A stretch of DNA of 63,902 bases, the filler included, from Choristocarpus tenellus KU-1152 (Eukaryota > Protista > Phaeophyceae): NCBI GenBank assembly GCA_964200185.2. It is 11 parts of 11 records of this genome, joined end to end, with 100 filler letters (N's around TTAATTAATTAA, not from the genome) between each part and the next. Parts side by side here need not be neighbours in the genome. Positions count along the whole stretch, not along the records: positions 1 to 3,977 come from CAXNAD020016827.1; positions 4,078 to 7,643 come from CAXNAD020019224.1; positions 7,744 to 10,571 come from CAXNAD020024387.1; positions 10,672 to 16,645 come from CAXNAD020009275.1; 7 more parts are not named here. One strand, written 5' to 3'. The notes beneath the pieces are model-generated. The model saw nothing but the letters and a program-made list of their open reading frames with translations, was not told the origin of the DNA and made no database searches. The position numbers were made by a program, and so were the translations under genes. Shown here in pieces: positions 1-13,170 of the stretch (position 1 is its first letter; every line of letters begins with the position of its first letter).

Positions 1-133
1 AACAGTTTAAAAGTAGTTTAAAAAAAACCTTTCCCCCCCCCCCCCCCCCACCACCACCACCACGAAAATTCGTAAACAAGGGAGCAACACCCTTTTTTAG
101 AGAGATCCTTTAAGATAGAGATGGACCAACTAC

Positions 134-1006
134 CTCCAGTATGCTTTGCTTCAATATCTGAAAAGCAGTGACTCTACCATCGGTAACAGTAGCAATCACG
201 CCTTACCTCCATCGAAACCTGCACAATAACATCTCCTACACTCCTTGGGACCAAAGTACAAAACTTGAACCTCAGTGGCGACGGCGGCACCACTATATAT
301 ACAGTACATGTTCACAATGGCACCAACCAGCCCCCTGCTCTTGTGACATTCATGATACCATACCTGTATGGTGATGACATCCATGATACTCTCTGTCCAG
401 ACGCGCCCGGCGGCGAACAATGGCCAGGTGTACACATCACCAGTCAGACTACTAGGGAGTCCGCAAGAGTCCTCGCCACACTATGCAGAACAAGAAGAAA
501 AAATCACACACACACATTAGTTGTACACACACACACACACACACAGGTGTACCAGGAAATGATTAGTGCGTAAGACGCCAGTAGAGACAAAGTGGACCCA
601 CTCGGAAAGGTTTGTGTGATCAACTTCATTTTCCCAACCATGCACCTAAACCTCCCTCTACAGTCAGTTAGCAGTATAATTATTTTTTTACTACTGCTGC
701 TACTACTACTAATGTAACATCATGAAGGAAATGCACCATGCAGTTACGGAGCAAGCACGTCCTATAGCACCTCCTATAGCTGCAGCAGCATCAGCAGGAG
801 GGGAAGTATACTATTGAGAGTAGTGGTACTAGTAGTAGTTGTTTCAACGCTGTACTCACAAGATAGAGCCTGCATTTGTAGAAATATGAAACAGCGATAG
901 TAGTATCGTACCAATCCCATGTCCTCTGGCCCTCGAGCCTTGTCTGACGCAACTCACATTGAGTGTCAGAAAGGGTGTGTGCGGTTGAGTCCCTGCTGCC
1001 TATCTC
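134..1006 (-). CDS. Internal exons of an uncharacterised multi-exon gene (best exons about 553-645 VHGWENEVDHTNLSEWVHFVSTGVLRTNHFL and 364-480 CGEDSCGLPSSLTGDVYTWPLFAAGRVWTESIMDVITIQ)
   Basis: AG/GT-bounded, phase-compatible open exons on the minus strand; no family recognised; the smaller flanking exons are uncertain. Confidence 0.4.
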
Positions 1007-1866
1007 CTATCAAACCCAATAACAACACACTCCCAACTACAAAGTACACAATAGGTCCCTTTGTACTGAACCACCTTTATTTCTTTGTCACCGATGTGAT
1101 AGAAAGTATTCAAATGTTATCAAGAGTTATCTGGAGGATAACCCCCCTAGACTGTGGTATACCAATTAACACTGTGTTTTGTTATAACATACCAATTAAC
1201 ACTGTGTTTTGTTATAACCGTAACTCTTGGGAAAAAAAAAGGTACATACACAACACTATATAAACCCCCTAACACTCCACTACAAAGCTTACACAACACC
1301 ATAGAAATGCTTGCACAAACTCCAGTCCAGAACATGCTCAAACGTGTTACATAAAGCAGGCAACATTTACTGCACAACCTTGTCCAAGCAAGGCGCGACA
1401 AACGGTTCCACCGGGCCAGTCACGTTTTTTCTTTCTTCTTTTTTCGGAAGCAAACGTCACGTGTTTCAAATCCCCACTCCACCCCACTCGTCCACCTTCC
1501 CTTTAACCCTAACCCTAACCCCCCTTTAACATAGAAAAGGTTGACCCATGTTCCATCTGTACCTGTTTAGTATGTCACCTCCAAAGGGGTTGCAGAAACA
1601 AAACTCAAATACCAACACAAAAACCACTCGAGAAATCAAGGGCGGGAGAGTTGAAGGTAGTAGAAGGTAGTAGAAGGTAGTTGAAGGTTGAGGTTCGAGA
1701 TACCAGCGGTTCAGTTTCAAATCAGAGAGGAGAGACAAGCTCTACTAAATATGTAGATGAAGAAATAACTGTATCTCCATGTGAGAAAATTCGTAGGGCT
1801 TATGCACCTTTCCTGAGCCCCTCCCCGGGGGAGGGGAGGGGGCGATGGTAACAACATACTGTGTTT

Positions 1867-2149
1867 GATCCAAAGTAAACAAGAGAGGTTACCCCCCAAC
1901 TTCTTGGAAGAGTTTCACATTGCAAGTTGATTTTTTAATTTCATCGTTTTCCAATTCACCCTTTTCACCTGTGGATGAAGCGCCAATATTCCCCGCGAGG
2001 AATATTGTTCTTAATATTGTGAACAGATTTCCGGAGAGTCGCAATATGCACTTGAAAAATAAATAAATACTTTTTTTCACACATTTATTTGTCAGCATCC
2101 TTAAAATGCAACCCCCTCCTCCTGGGTACCTCTTGTGTAATTCCGACTC
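1867..2149. mobile_element. MITE family C copy (degenerate)
   Basis: Ends GATCCAAAGTAAACAAGAG...GGTACCTCTTG...GACTC; internal TTTGTCAGCATCCTTAAA shared with 54039-54295. Confidence 0.6.
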
Positions 2150-2590
2150 TTTACAAGGGTCAGGGTTAAGGCCTCAACAGGAAACACAAAAATTGGAATG
2201 ACCACTCATGGGGAGGGAGCTAACTAGGGAGGTTATGGATCACAGATGAAGCCAGGTAGGACCCCAGGACTCCAACCTAATAAAACATGCCACTCTTGAC
2301 AGAAATCAAGAGGGAAGAGATGAATCCATCAATATCAATTCTAGAATCTTCTTTTTATCTATCCGTTTTATTACCCCCTCCACAACCTATTTTCTCACAG
2401 AATAATTCTACTACTATTATTCTTATTATTCTTTTTTTAAATCGCACTACTCGGCTGAATATTCAGAACAGAACCTCATCGTTCATCAGTTTTTCCCATG
2501 GAGATAACTTATTGAAAAAAAACAAAAACAACAGAGGGACAGGTGTTGAAAAAAAATCCGATATAAATATTGACCATCTCATTAGTAGTC

Positions 2591-2621
<31 letters not shown>

Positions 2622-3881
2622 AAGTATCTCATATCTGAAGTAATGAGCAGGAGGGGGAACCAAGCAAATCAACACATTTTCAACACCAAAACAACAACCA
2701 TGCCTGTGCATGTATCAACATGATTAATATGGTCTCAGTTGGGTCAGCGATATGGAAGCTACCTATATACCTATATACCATACCACCAAGAAGTGTCTGT
2801 TGACGGTGTATGGTATATGGGGAATCATTTATACCGGCAGGTGGTAAAAACATAACGTTACATATCTACCGCTCCACCTACCTAAGATTTTTTTATTTTA
2901 ATGGGGAGAAATACATAACTTTTTGGATTGGAAGGCGGCCTGCTAATTTATTTTAAAATGCAATAATAAAAAATACGTGTACGTATATAAAGCACAGGTC
3001 TCTCTAGGTCCAGGTAAGACCAGGAAAAGGAGTGTAGTATGGGGATTATTTGTGTACTTTGTCAGGAGTAACACTTTTCAAGCATACTTGGAGGAGTATC
3101 GCTGCTCTTTAATTTCCAGCATCACCAGCCTCATTGCCCTCCCTTTTCCAAAGCCCCACATAACAACTATTGTCCCTTTCTTGTGCATCACAATCTGATT
3201 CTTGATTTTCGACTTGTTGAATTCTGACATAATTTAAATCATTTAAATCCTGATTACGGACATCAATTAAAACGTATGAAAAATATATATATATATATTA
3301 TTCAATTTTTCCTAAGAGTCTTCAATTAAAAAAAAAATCTTGATACAAAGCAAACTTTTGTATATTTTATTTTTCAATAACAGTATCATTGTTTTTTCTT
3401 TTTCAAAGTACTAAACAAATCAACCGGGTTTGGACTGGTCGTTCAACAGTCTCCCTTCCAAGAAAAAAATAATATCCGCCAATAACACACAAGGAAGGTA
3501 TTTACATTACATTAAAATAGTACTACAATGCCCTCCTTTCCTCTACAAAAACTTTTGATGTAGTTGCCAGGCTTAAATAATAGAAATGAAAGCCAGTGCA
3601 GAAAAAGGAACACCAAGGGCTCAAGAGTGGGATCGATCCTACCAAAAAAAGGTTAGAAATTCAGAAAATTAAACATTTCTATGCTTCCTGCCCCTCCCCC
3701 CCCCCCCCCCCACCCCCCCCCCCACCCCCCCCCCCCCCACCCCCCCCAACTCTCTGCTCACAAAGCAGTAAAAAAAAAACAGATCTGAAGTTGGATTTCA
3801 ACAACAGGAACAGAAACCATCACAAAAACAAACAAAATAACATACATGCACACATGCACAAACTCACTAAACTACATGCTC

Positions 3882-3913
<32 letters not shown>

Positions 3914-3929
3914 ACAACCAAAAAAACCA

Positions 3930-3972
<43 letters not shown>

Positions 3973-3977
3973 AAAAA

Positions 3978-4077
3978 NNNNNNNNNNNNNNNNNNNNNNN
4001 NNNNNNNNNNNNNNNNNNNNNTTAATTAATTAANNNNNNNNNNNNNNNNNNNNNNNNNNNNNNNNNNNNNNNNNNNN
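3978..4077. other. Artificial contig linker (N44-TTAATTAATTAA-N44); also at 7644-7743, 10572-10671, 16646-16745, 28614-28713, 41010-41109, 44409-44508, 49869-49968, 57270-57369, 61131-61230
   Basis: Ten identical 100-bp spacers carrying stops in all six frames. Confidence 0.98.
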
Positions 4078-7000
4078 TGAACTGGAAGCTTATTGCAGAG
4101 ATGGTGGGGTCAAGGAACCATGTGCAGTGCCTACAGCGTTGGAAGAAGGTGTTAAGGTATGAAACATACCGGGAAATACACCTCACTATCATAAAGTTGT
4201 ACACAGATTGGGTTTGTGCTGTTCCTTGTGGACATATTCATTGGTGTTGACCATTATCAGTTGCATCTGTGACAGCTGCCTTTTGGTAGGTTAAGGTCCC
4301 ATGGTTTCTGTTTTTTTGTTTGGATAGAGTTGCCCCAAATGCTCTAGCTACCTTTCCAATCACTGTCACCATCCAATCTAAACTACCTTGGGTTTTAGAC
4401 ACTAGCTGTGGTCAGCATAGAGCATACCCCAAGCAGTGTTCAGGTGTTATCCCACTCCCTGTCTTCCCTCCTCTGATTTGACTGTTCTTCTCAGCTCCAT
4501 TACAATGTCATCCTTGGAGATGACTGGGTGATCCAATGCCTTATTATTGATTGCTGTGAATTGGAAAGACATTGCTCAATCTATCTGCATTTAGGATTAA
4601 ATCTTTCACCGACCATTCTAACATGCAATGGTCGCTTTATGGTAGTGTTGTAAAGTGGCACATGAACAACGTCCCATAATCTACTGAATGGTCCATTTTC
4701 GCTAGGAAGACTAACAGGATAAGGGAAACCCCATAAAAGAGTCGCTTGTGGAAGTGTCCCTCACCAGATATGAGGGAGCTAGGTGCCACAATATGCTTGA
4801 GTGGTGCTCAGTTGGCCACGTGCATTTGTGCACCCCTGTGTCATAGGCCTAGAACTGTAATGTTGTTGGCAGGTAGTACTGTTTTTTTCAAGCTATAAAC
4901 ATGACTAATTGAAAGTTTTCTTTGATGAAATTTAAACCACTGTGATTTTTATCATCCTACTGACCAAGTCCAGAAGCCCTTTCAAGAGAAGTCAAGGACT
5001 ATTTTTATTGTAAGGCACTGTGGGTTCGGTGTTGAGCATGTTTGGCTATACAGTCAAGAGTTAGGCCTATGTCTATGCCTAGTACCAAATGATTAGAAAC
5101 CGACTTTGGTTTTGCAGGCCAGGGTTGGTGAAAGGTCAGTGGAGCCCACAAGAGGATGAGCTACTTGTCAAGCTTGTTGGGGACGGTTTTAAGAATTGGG
5201 GAGCACTTTCAGCTAATCTTCCTGGTCGAACATCAAAGCAGGTGAGAGAGCATGCCCGGAAAATTGTGTTTTGCAAGATGTGTTGATGCTTACATCCTCT
5301 GGTTGACTTCGGATATTGCCTGACTGTAGTGTTGCCTTCCTCTCTCACTAGTTTGGTTGTGATGAGAGGTTGATGTTTTGCTCTCACTGGTCAGCTGTGC
5401 CAATGTTCATGTACTTGGTTGTGGGTGAACATGTGTAAAACTCATATATTTTCTCGTGCTTGGAACTCCCACCATTTTGTTCCTTCTTAGTGCCGGGAGA
5501 GATGGTGTCACCATTTAGATCCATCAATTGTGAGAGGGGAGTGGACTGTTGAGGAGGACAGGATTATTGCTGACATGCATAGAAGAATGGGGAATAAATG
5601 GTCTGCCATGGCACCGGTAAGGGGTGAAACTGTTATTAAATTAGCATTCATACTAGGTTGTGTATGATAGAGTGCACAGGGAGCAGTTGTGCACCATTTG
5701 TATAGGGTTCATTTTCTGGAAGAGTCCTTACTAATGTTGCCAATGATAGACTTCGAAGAACTTGTCGTGCAGTTGTTGTATCTATCTTACCAACCCCTGG
5801 TAAAGTTCAGTCCATTTATGAATGCTGTGAGTTTCAAATAGGCTCTTACCTATTGAGTGTTCTAGCCCTAGTCCTAGTACCTATTCCCTAACGCTAACCC
5901 TGACTGTTTCAAAATAGGCGCTTGCAGGAAGGACGGAGAATGCCATCAAGACCAGATGGAAAGCCATTGAACGCAGTGGAATAAACTGCCAGCAGAGAAC
6001 AAAGACAAGCAAGGTGCACATTTTAGTTGTACAATAGTTGATTTTGTTGAAGCGGCATGGTATCACCAGCAAAAGGTATCAGGACATAATGCGGCTTGGA
6101 GAAGATCTATGGGCCTCTACGCATTGCTCAAGTGATTTGACTCAACAGTTTTATGGAAATGTCCTAATCCTATAGATAAACATGATTTCTTTCACATTAT
6201 ACTGCACGTTAATGCACCTCTCTCCTCTCAATGGATGCAGATCAGGCAGCTCTAAGTCTTCAGTTGTGTGGGTTTAGTGTACTGTACACTTGGTGATAAC
6301 AACGTTTCGTTGAAAAAATGCATTTTGCGTGGAGGTTGTAAGCTGTGACCATTGGGCATGCTGTCGTTCCAGACCTAAGAGTTAAGTGAGACGATTGATT
6401 CCCTCTGTCAGTGTGTTTGCTGCATGTGTCTACACCTTATCACCCACAGCACCTCCAAGACTGTGTTCATGTGCCTTCCCACTGCTTCCTCCTACCTCCA
6501 CTTACCCCCCTATCCCACCATGTAATCCACAACAGGTGCCAACAAAGAACCGATTCACTCCAAACCAAAGGCTGAGGACTCTTGCTGCACAGGCATCTGC
6601 AAGGGTCATGTCTAAGGCCAAGGGTGCAGATGGCAAGAGGGGGAATGCCTTGGTAGGAGTACCTCAGGTGTGAATCTATCCAAGGTAGAATCGAGGCTCT
6701 GGATTTCTTCAACATATCGCCCTCTAAGATCTTTATGTCATGGTTGGTTTGGAAATTGTGTAGAGTCCATTCCATTGCAAAATATGCAAATAGCTCTGCT
6801 CACCCCTAGCCCCCTTTCCCTACCCTTCAAAGGATCCAGAAGCTGTGAATGCAATCCTCCGAATGGAAGAGAAAAGGAAAGAAAGCCTGCAGCCGGAGCC
6901 TTCGCTCAGTACAGAGGAAGGTTCGGTCTCACCAGCACCACTCTCAGTACCACAAATACCTGTGACCAATACAGTTAGTGGTTCGCATGTAAAGGGAGAT

Positions 7001-7325
7001 GATGAGGGCGGTGGGGGACGGCGGGCGTTGTCGCCAGGAGGGGATACCCAGCACTTGCCCGCGTTGATAACACACCCATCTGGCAACAGGGAAGTTTTCA
7101 ATCCAGATAGGGCAGAGGTTGGTGCTGGTGGCAATGAGGGTAAGGGGACTGGAGTTGGAGGAGGGGGATCACTACCTGTTTCCTCGGGGCAGGGCCTTTG
7201 TGAGGGGGGGGGGGGGGGGGGGGGCAGAAGGTACATTAAGGGAAAGCGAGGTTCTGGTGAGTGAGGGAGGTGAGGTGTCACATCCCAGGAGGTGGACTGG
7301 AGATGAAGATGAACGGCTCCGAGAG
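4078..7325 (+). CDS. MYB transcription factor, R1R2R3 type plus start of a further MYB repeat (partial at both ends); exons 4078-4156, 5118-5241, 5491-5616, 5918-6013, 6536-6667, 6833-7325
   Basis: Spliced translation NWKLIAEMVGSRNHVQCLQRWKKVLRPGLVKGQWSPQEDELL...GRTSKQCRERWCHHLDPSIVRGEWTVEED...GNKWSAMAPALAGRTENAIKTRW has the Trp-spaced MYB repeats; splice phases agree. Confidence 0.93.
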
Positions 7326-7607
7326 GTACCCCTGAGCTACACTGGCAGTGTAGGTCGTGCTTATGGTACCCTTATCTTGTGCTTGTTGGTTCTAACACTC
7401 TAGTTGTTTGGTGGGTAGTGGGTACAATTGTCAAAAAGCAGATGAGCTTGATTTGGTGTATTTTTCTAATCCTGTTGCCCCAGTCCAGTGCATGACCCAT
7501 CGGCGACACCAGAGGTGTTCCTCCTCACAGAGCTACAATGTTTGTGTTCCATGAGAACAATCATTCTATGCCTTACCCTCGAATTCTTCATATGTTTCAA
7601 GCCTGCA

Positions 7608-7643
<36 letters not shown>

Positions 7644-8881
7644 NNNNNNNNNNNNNNNNNNNNNNNNNNNNNNNNNNNNNNNNNNNNTTAATTAATTAAN
7701 NNNNNNNNNNNNNNNNNNNNNNNNNNNNNNNNNNNNNNNNNNNCCAGATACTTTGAGCCTAGGCACACTCAGGGGCAGGAAGCTAAATATAGCCAGTTTA
7801 TCAGCGACCCACTGATTTTGACAACGAATTAGGTATTCCTGCTGACATCACTGATACCATATTTTTGGTACAATATTTTTGGTACAATAACATCATCATG
7901 ATGGCACTACATACATGTGTTGATTGTACCTCTAGTATACACATATACCTACCTCTCAGGTGGTATAAGCTTGATCCATCATACCAGTATAATTTTCTTT
8001 TTCAGCCATACCCTTCCACCGAGTATGTCACTTTTTGCGACTGAGCCAAAGTAATTGAGAGGTACACAGGTTTGAACCCTCTTTTGGCATCCAAAGTGAT
8101 CTTTCTTATTCTAAGTGATCTTTCTTATTCAATGTCATTATCTGACCCTAACCCTGTGCCAATTCCTCTCATTTCGTTGGTAGATATGAACGATAGTAGT
8201 GTACCCCAAAAAAATTGATACCATTCTCCATTTTATTTTATTCACTCGAACACATGTGCATACAAACAGGAGTCCGCTTTTTTCTTTTAGGGCAGATTGG
8301 AGCGATACTTTTATTTATTTTATTCTGCTTCTTTTTAGAGCGATACTTTTATTTATTTTATTATTATTCTTCTTTTTAGAGCAGATTGGAGCGATACTTT
8401 TATTTATTTTATTATTATTCTTCTTTGAGATCATTCTGTAGGGACCCCGAAACGAACTTTGTCATTCCTGGGTAAAGGTGGTTTAGCATTGTGGTTAGGG
8501 TTGTGGTTAGGGTATTGATAGCGTGAGAGGAACCAGTGCGAGTTCATTTCTTTTTTTATTTCCCTTGTGGAACAGGAACGTTTTTGACGAGATTTCAAAA
8601 ATTCTCCTTTTTTATTTTTATTTTATTTTATTTTTATTTTTTTGCTGTCTTTAATAATAATGAAACGATTATTGTATTGTATCTGTGGAGATAGAAGGGA
8701 ATGAGGCGAGGGCGGTATGAAGATAGTGACTGCTATACTTAATAATAATAATAAAAATAATAATGATAATAATAGCAACAATATGTTTATACTTCAAGTA
8801 GAGTGAGTGAGAGTATTCTATGCTGCTGCCAAGAGTGTTGATTTGCGCATTGTCTATCCTCGGTATTTGGCACCAAATCTC

Positions 8882-8929
<48 letters not shown>

Positions 8930-8960
8930 TACCATTATCATTATCATTATCATCATTATT
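8882..8960. repeat. (ATT)n/(ATC)n microsatellite
   Basis: Visible trinucleotide run; explains the poly-Ile and poly-Asn ORFs. Confidence 0.9.
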
Positions 8961-9136
8961 TATTGTTTGTTTCTGTTCATTGCTAAAATAGATGAAATCC
9001 CGTAGAAGAAATGCAAAAAATATTGCAAAAAATTTGTATTTATATTTTTTTTGGAGGGGGGGGGAAACTCGGGCATGGCAACAAAAGTTAAAGTGATATT
9101 CCAGTGAGTGGGTGGGGGTATACCTATTTATTCCAG

Positions 9137-9892
9137 AAAACATCAGTACGAGCAGGAAGGGTTCAATTCCATCCAAGAAGAAAAAAAGAGAGGAGTTCCA
9201 AGGTCTAGCCAATGGAACCCTCCAGTCACTTGTAAGTATGTCCTAGAGGGATCCATTATTTTTCTGATTGAGGGGCAGGCCTCACGTATATATTTTTTAT
9301 TACTATTGAGAACTGTGATTGTTCGATACTTTGGGAGGCGTTGGCTGTATCATAACATTGTTTTTTTTTGTTTCCTGCTCGACTCAGTTGGCCCAGGGGG
9401 GGTATCTATATTGCAACAATCAGTAGCTCTAGTATGTATGATTTACGATATATGGGATGTGTCTATCCTGTTTTTTCATTTAATGGTTGATAAAAACATG
9501 CTGTTATTTGGTTGGTAGAAAGATTTAACAAAAGAGTTGTACTTAAGTGTTTTACCTTTGTTCTTATCTTTGTTATTTTTATTTTCAATTTGGTTCTGAA
9601 ATGCCTACCGCTGTGTTACTATGATTTAAAAAAAAATGTAATAGAAGTTCTTACATTTACAATGATCAACATGCATATGCTCTTCTTGTTTGGTGATGTG
9701 TATATATATGTGTACCTGTTGTTACTTGCAGTACTGGGGATATTATTTTTTTTGTTGTTCACGTTTTTGCTGTGCTTGCTATTTCGACAGAGACTTCAAC
9801 AACGAGCCCTGGCTGCTGAGGCTGAGGTAGCTCTGCTTCAAACAAAACTCGAACAAGTTACCCATGAACGTGATCAGGAGAGGCAAGGGTGA
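9137..9892 (+). CDS. Two exons of an uncharacterised coiled-coil protein (about 9137-9231 and 9791-9888/9892)
   Basis: NISTSRKGSIPSKKKKREEFQGLANGTLQSL joins in phase to RLQQRALAAEAEVALLQTKLEQVTHERDQERQG; ttccag/gtaagt and gacag splice sites. Confidence 0.55.
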
Positions 9893-10073
9893 GCGCCATG
9901 GGAACGGCAGGTCATTGGTGAATCGAAGGAGGCGGGGGAAGGGGGGGGGGCAGAGGGGGAGCAACGGCGGTTCGATTTTGTTTTTCAGTAAATACATTTT
10001 TATGGAATCAATGCTACCTTTCAGTTCTAATATAGATAGTGGTCAAACCACTGTGTTCCACAACAGGAGTGAA

Positions 10074-10155
10074 GATCGTGTGCCCGAGCGGTCTAAGGGG
10101 TGGCGTTCAGGTCGTCATGTATTCGTACTCGTGGGTTCGAACCCCACCGCGATCA
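10074..10155 (+). tRNA. tRNA-Leu (anticodon CAG)
   Basis: Acceptor stem GATCGTG/CGCGATC, D-arm CCCGAGCGGTCTAAGGG, anticodon arm TGGCG-TTCAGGT-CGTCA, long variable arm, T-loop GGTTCGAACC, discriminator A, downstream TTTT Pol III terminator. Confidence 0.95.
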
Positions 10156-10889
10156 CTCTTTTACCGATAACTTTTTTGTATAGATTATTTTGTTATTTTT
10201 ACTGCCGCTTTTGTCACGTGTTCATAACCTCCAGGTTGTTTGGAAAACGTTGAAACAGAGTTATGTATGTAGCTAAACAAAACAAAAAACGATAACAAAA
10301 AAAACAAACGGTAGGTGCATGAAGGAAAAAATAATAAATAGGTGACAAAAAATAAATCTTAGGTACTGAGGACATATTATTACTACCTTAAAGACCAGAC
10401 CATGAGCCAAACTAATCAGTGTGTCCGCTCATCTTAAGTAACGAATCTAATGATATATTTTTATATTTTTTGCTCTGCTTCTTTCTATGAGTTTTTTTTT
10501 TACTGTTTCAACCCCTGACCGGACAGATCGTTTGTCTCCTGAATCTCAATGATTCTCCTCCCCCCCCCCCCNNNNNNNNNNNNNNNNNNNNNNNNNNNNN
10601 NNNNNNNNNNNNNNNTTAATTAATTAANNNNNNNNNNNNNNNNNNNNNNNNNNNNNNNNNNNNNNNNNNNNGGGGGAGGGGGGGGGGGGGGTCAACACCA
10701 GGGTGTCTATTTGGGCCATAACTAGGAAAAGTGCACATACGTTATCCATCCATGTGGATGTATGTATCAAAACATTTTTGCCTGCCCCACTGTAAACTAC
10801 TTCCATATGAAGAAAACCACACCTGACAACAAGTCTAACACTGACGTAGTATCGGCTAACACTTATAGTAATAACGTAGCCATGCAATC

Positions 10890-12943
10890 CTACTGAATAT
10901 CCACATTCCATCGAACGAGAAGCTCAGGCGAAAGCCATAAACGCATGACCTCATCCATTTTTTGAAGGGTTTCGGAATTAAGCTCTTCCGTAAAGGGTGT
11001 CTGGACGTGACGATCCTCCAACTTCCCCCCCACGTGCAAATCAAACACCTGCTGAGGAGCATCAATGCAGTCCTGGATAACAACTTCCGGCAAGTTCATA
11101 CCAAAGAAACTGATAACTTGGTGGAAGAACATTGATTGATCAGAGAGTACATCTTCATAGAACAAAACTAGCGATTCTGATCGAAGAACTGTCCCAAATA
11201 GTAAATTCCTGACCATTGTCCTTTGGCAGTAGTTGGACAGCAGGCTGAAAACATATGAATTTAACTCGACTTGTGCATCTCTCCCGTTATGGTTTCTTTC
11301 CATGAAGTACAGACTTGTTGCTGCTGCTCGAGGATCACGAATTATGGCCAACTGGGAGCTCTTGTCCACAATGCTGCAACCACGTTTGCCAAGGGATTTA
11401 TCCAAGCACGCCAAGAATTTATTTTTGACCTCTGGTATGGTCACATTAGTGACATCAGGGCATGGATAGCTAGGAGGGTCAGTTCTTGCAGATGTGAACC
11501 TAGACCAGTAGGTCATGTTGCAATCCAGTCCAAGAGGGAGCTCATGCTTATCATATCCCCCCATACGTATTTTAACCCTGTGTCAGGGTCATGCACGGGG
11601 TTCAAAATACACACTTGAGGAAATAGCGGAAGAGGAATTCAAGCAGTTCATGTGTTGTACTTACGTGTACCTAGTTGGACCTGTATAGTTGAGGTAACGT
11701 GTGAGGTTGAAGCTTGGATAAGAAGAAATAATGGAGTTGTCACAGACAACAGTTCCCAACGGGTAATGAGGCACCTGGGTGGGAATCAACAATACAGGAA
11801 CATACAACCATACTATGAAACATGATACTCTCCAAAATGATACAATCTCAGCTCTTGTATGGAGTCTTTTATCCTTGAAAATGAGGGTATTTTGCGATAT
11901 TCTTGTTATTGTTATGCAGCATATAATACCAAGACGCATGCACAGAATATGTCTCTCTTGTCGCCAACTCTGGCCCTACATGATAATATATTTTCCACTA
12001 GGAACTGTGTGCCAAAGTGATATCGTGTCTGTCATTGCGTTCCACTTTGTGATCGTCACCTAAATATATTCATGTGACAACCTAAAAGATCAAAAATCCA
12101 TTCGATTCATCTCAACTTCACAACTCCCCGTAAAATTAAAAGAATGTAACCTAGATGACCAAGATTTTTGCTGAAATGATACACTGTCTCGAAGCAAGTG
12201 TTATCTGGGAACTAATGGAGTTGAATGCAGTTAGTCAGTTGCGGCATGGTACATTGTGAGGTGTGTTTTGCTGACGCAAATTCTTGCCAGAAAGAACGGC
12301 GGCAACAGAAGACATTGTACAGGTAGCGACATCTACACAAATACAGTGGTAAGAAAGTGTGGGTCACATTTCACAACAGTGTATATTTGTCCTGTACCCC
12401 TCTATACCTCCTACCCACATTTCCTCAATCTTTGAAGTTCATCAAGGTTGGGTGGTTACAATTTGTTCGTGCAAGGTCCTACAACAATTATTGTTGTAAA
12501 AATGACATATTATGACTAAGAGTCATAACATGGACAGGTAGATTGCAGTTTTCAACCCCATTTGGTAAAAGATTCGGCAATCGGCTAATACTTTGCACGT
12601 ACCTCTTCACAGTAGAACAAGGACAGGGAGCTTCTTTGCCATTACTCGGTATGAAGAACAATGTTGCGGCGAAAGGACCCCTTTTCACCTCTTCGATTGT
12701 GCAACTATTAACCCCGTAGATATCATTGAGAAATCCACAAATAATCTTCAGACTTAGCACACTAGATGAGAATAGAAAGCCTGTTCCACTCTTTGGCTCA
12801 CCCCGAAGCCGAATATTCCTCTCAAGCACTCCGTCACGTGACGTAGGAAAAATGTCTTCACATGGGCGACATACCTCATTATACCCACCCCAATCTTTTC
12901 CAAGTCTTGGGGAGGTTATTTCCACATCAACAGAATTAACTCC
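10890..12943 (-). CDS. PAPS-dependent sulfotransferase (exons about 12943-12603 and 11577-10890; 5' end unresolved)
   Basis: 5'-PSB motif GEPKSGT, 3'-PB motif IIRDPRAAATS and FYEDV motif; phase-2 junction AAG AG|gtacgt...cacag|G GTT AAA. Confidence 0.82.
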
Positions 12944-13170
12944 TGCAGATAGTGCAATTTAGGGGCGTTTGGGGTGTAGGCATCAATGTGGTGGGGTGAA
13001 GGAATCTTGCCAATTATTACCTAATATTATAAACGATTGAAAAACTTTGTAAGAAAATATTCTGTTTACATTATCATCTCTGATGCGGGATGTAGAATGA
13101 AAACCAGAGGGTGATCTGTGACCCTTCTGTCTGCACTTGTTTGGTCATTGGTGGAATTGCATCAACTTCA

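Noticed and set aside
1159-1218. Short local duplications (30 bp x2 here; also 7861-7888, 8094-8130, 8292-8425, 38004-38036)
   Set aside because: Ordinary slippage duplications in non-coding DNA
2735-2885. ATACC/GGTAT-rich patches (also about 7920-8030 and 14780-14870) as another MITE family
   Set aside because: Too degenerate to define termini or align by eye
4022-4033. Recurring TTAATTAATTAA palindrome as a biological motif
   Set aside because: Always centred in identical N-runs; it is a contig-joining linker
3596-4033. Poly-Pro/poly-Lys ORF
   Set aside because: Translation of C and A homopolymers at a low-quality contig end
8669-9212. Poly-Ile and poly-Asn ORFs
   Set aside because: Produced by the (ATT)n microsatellite
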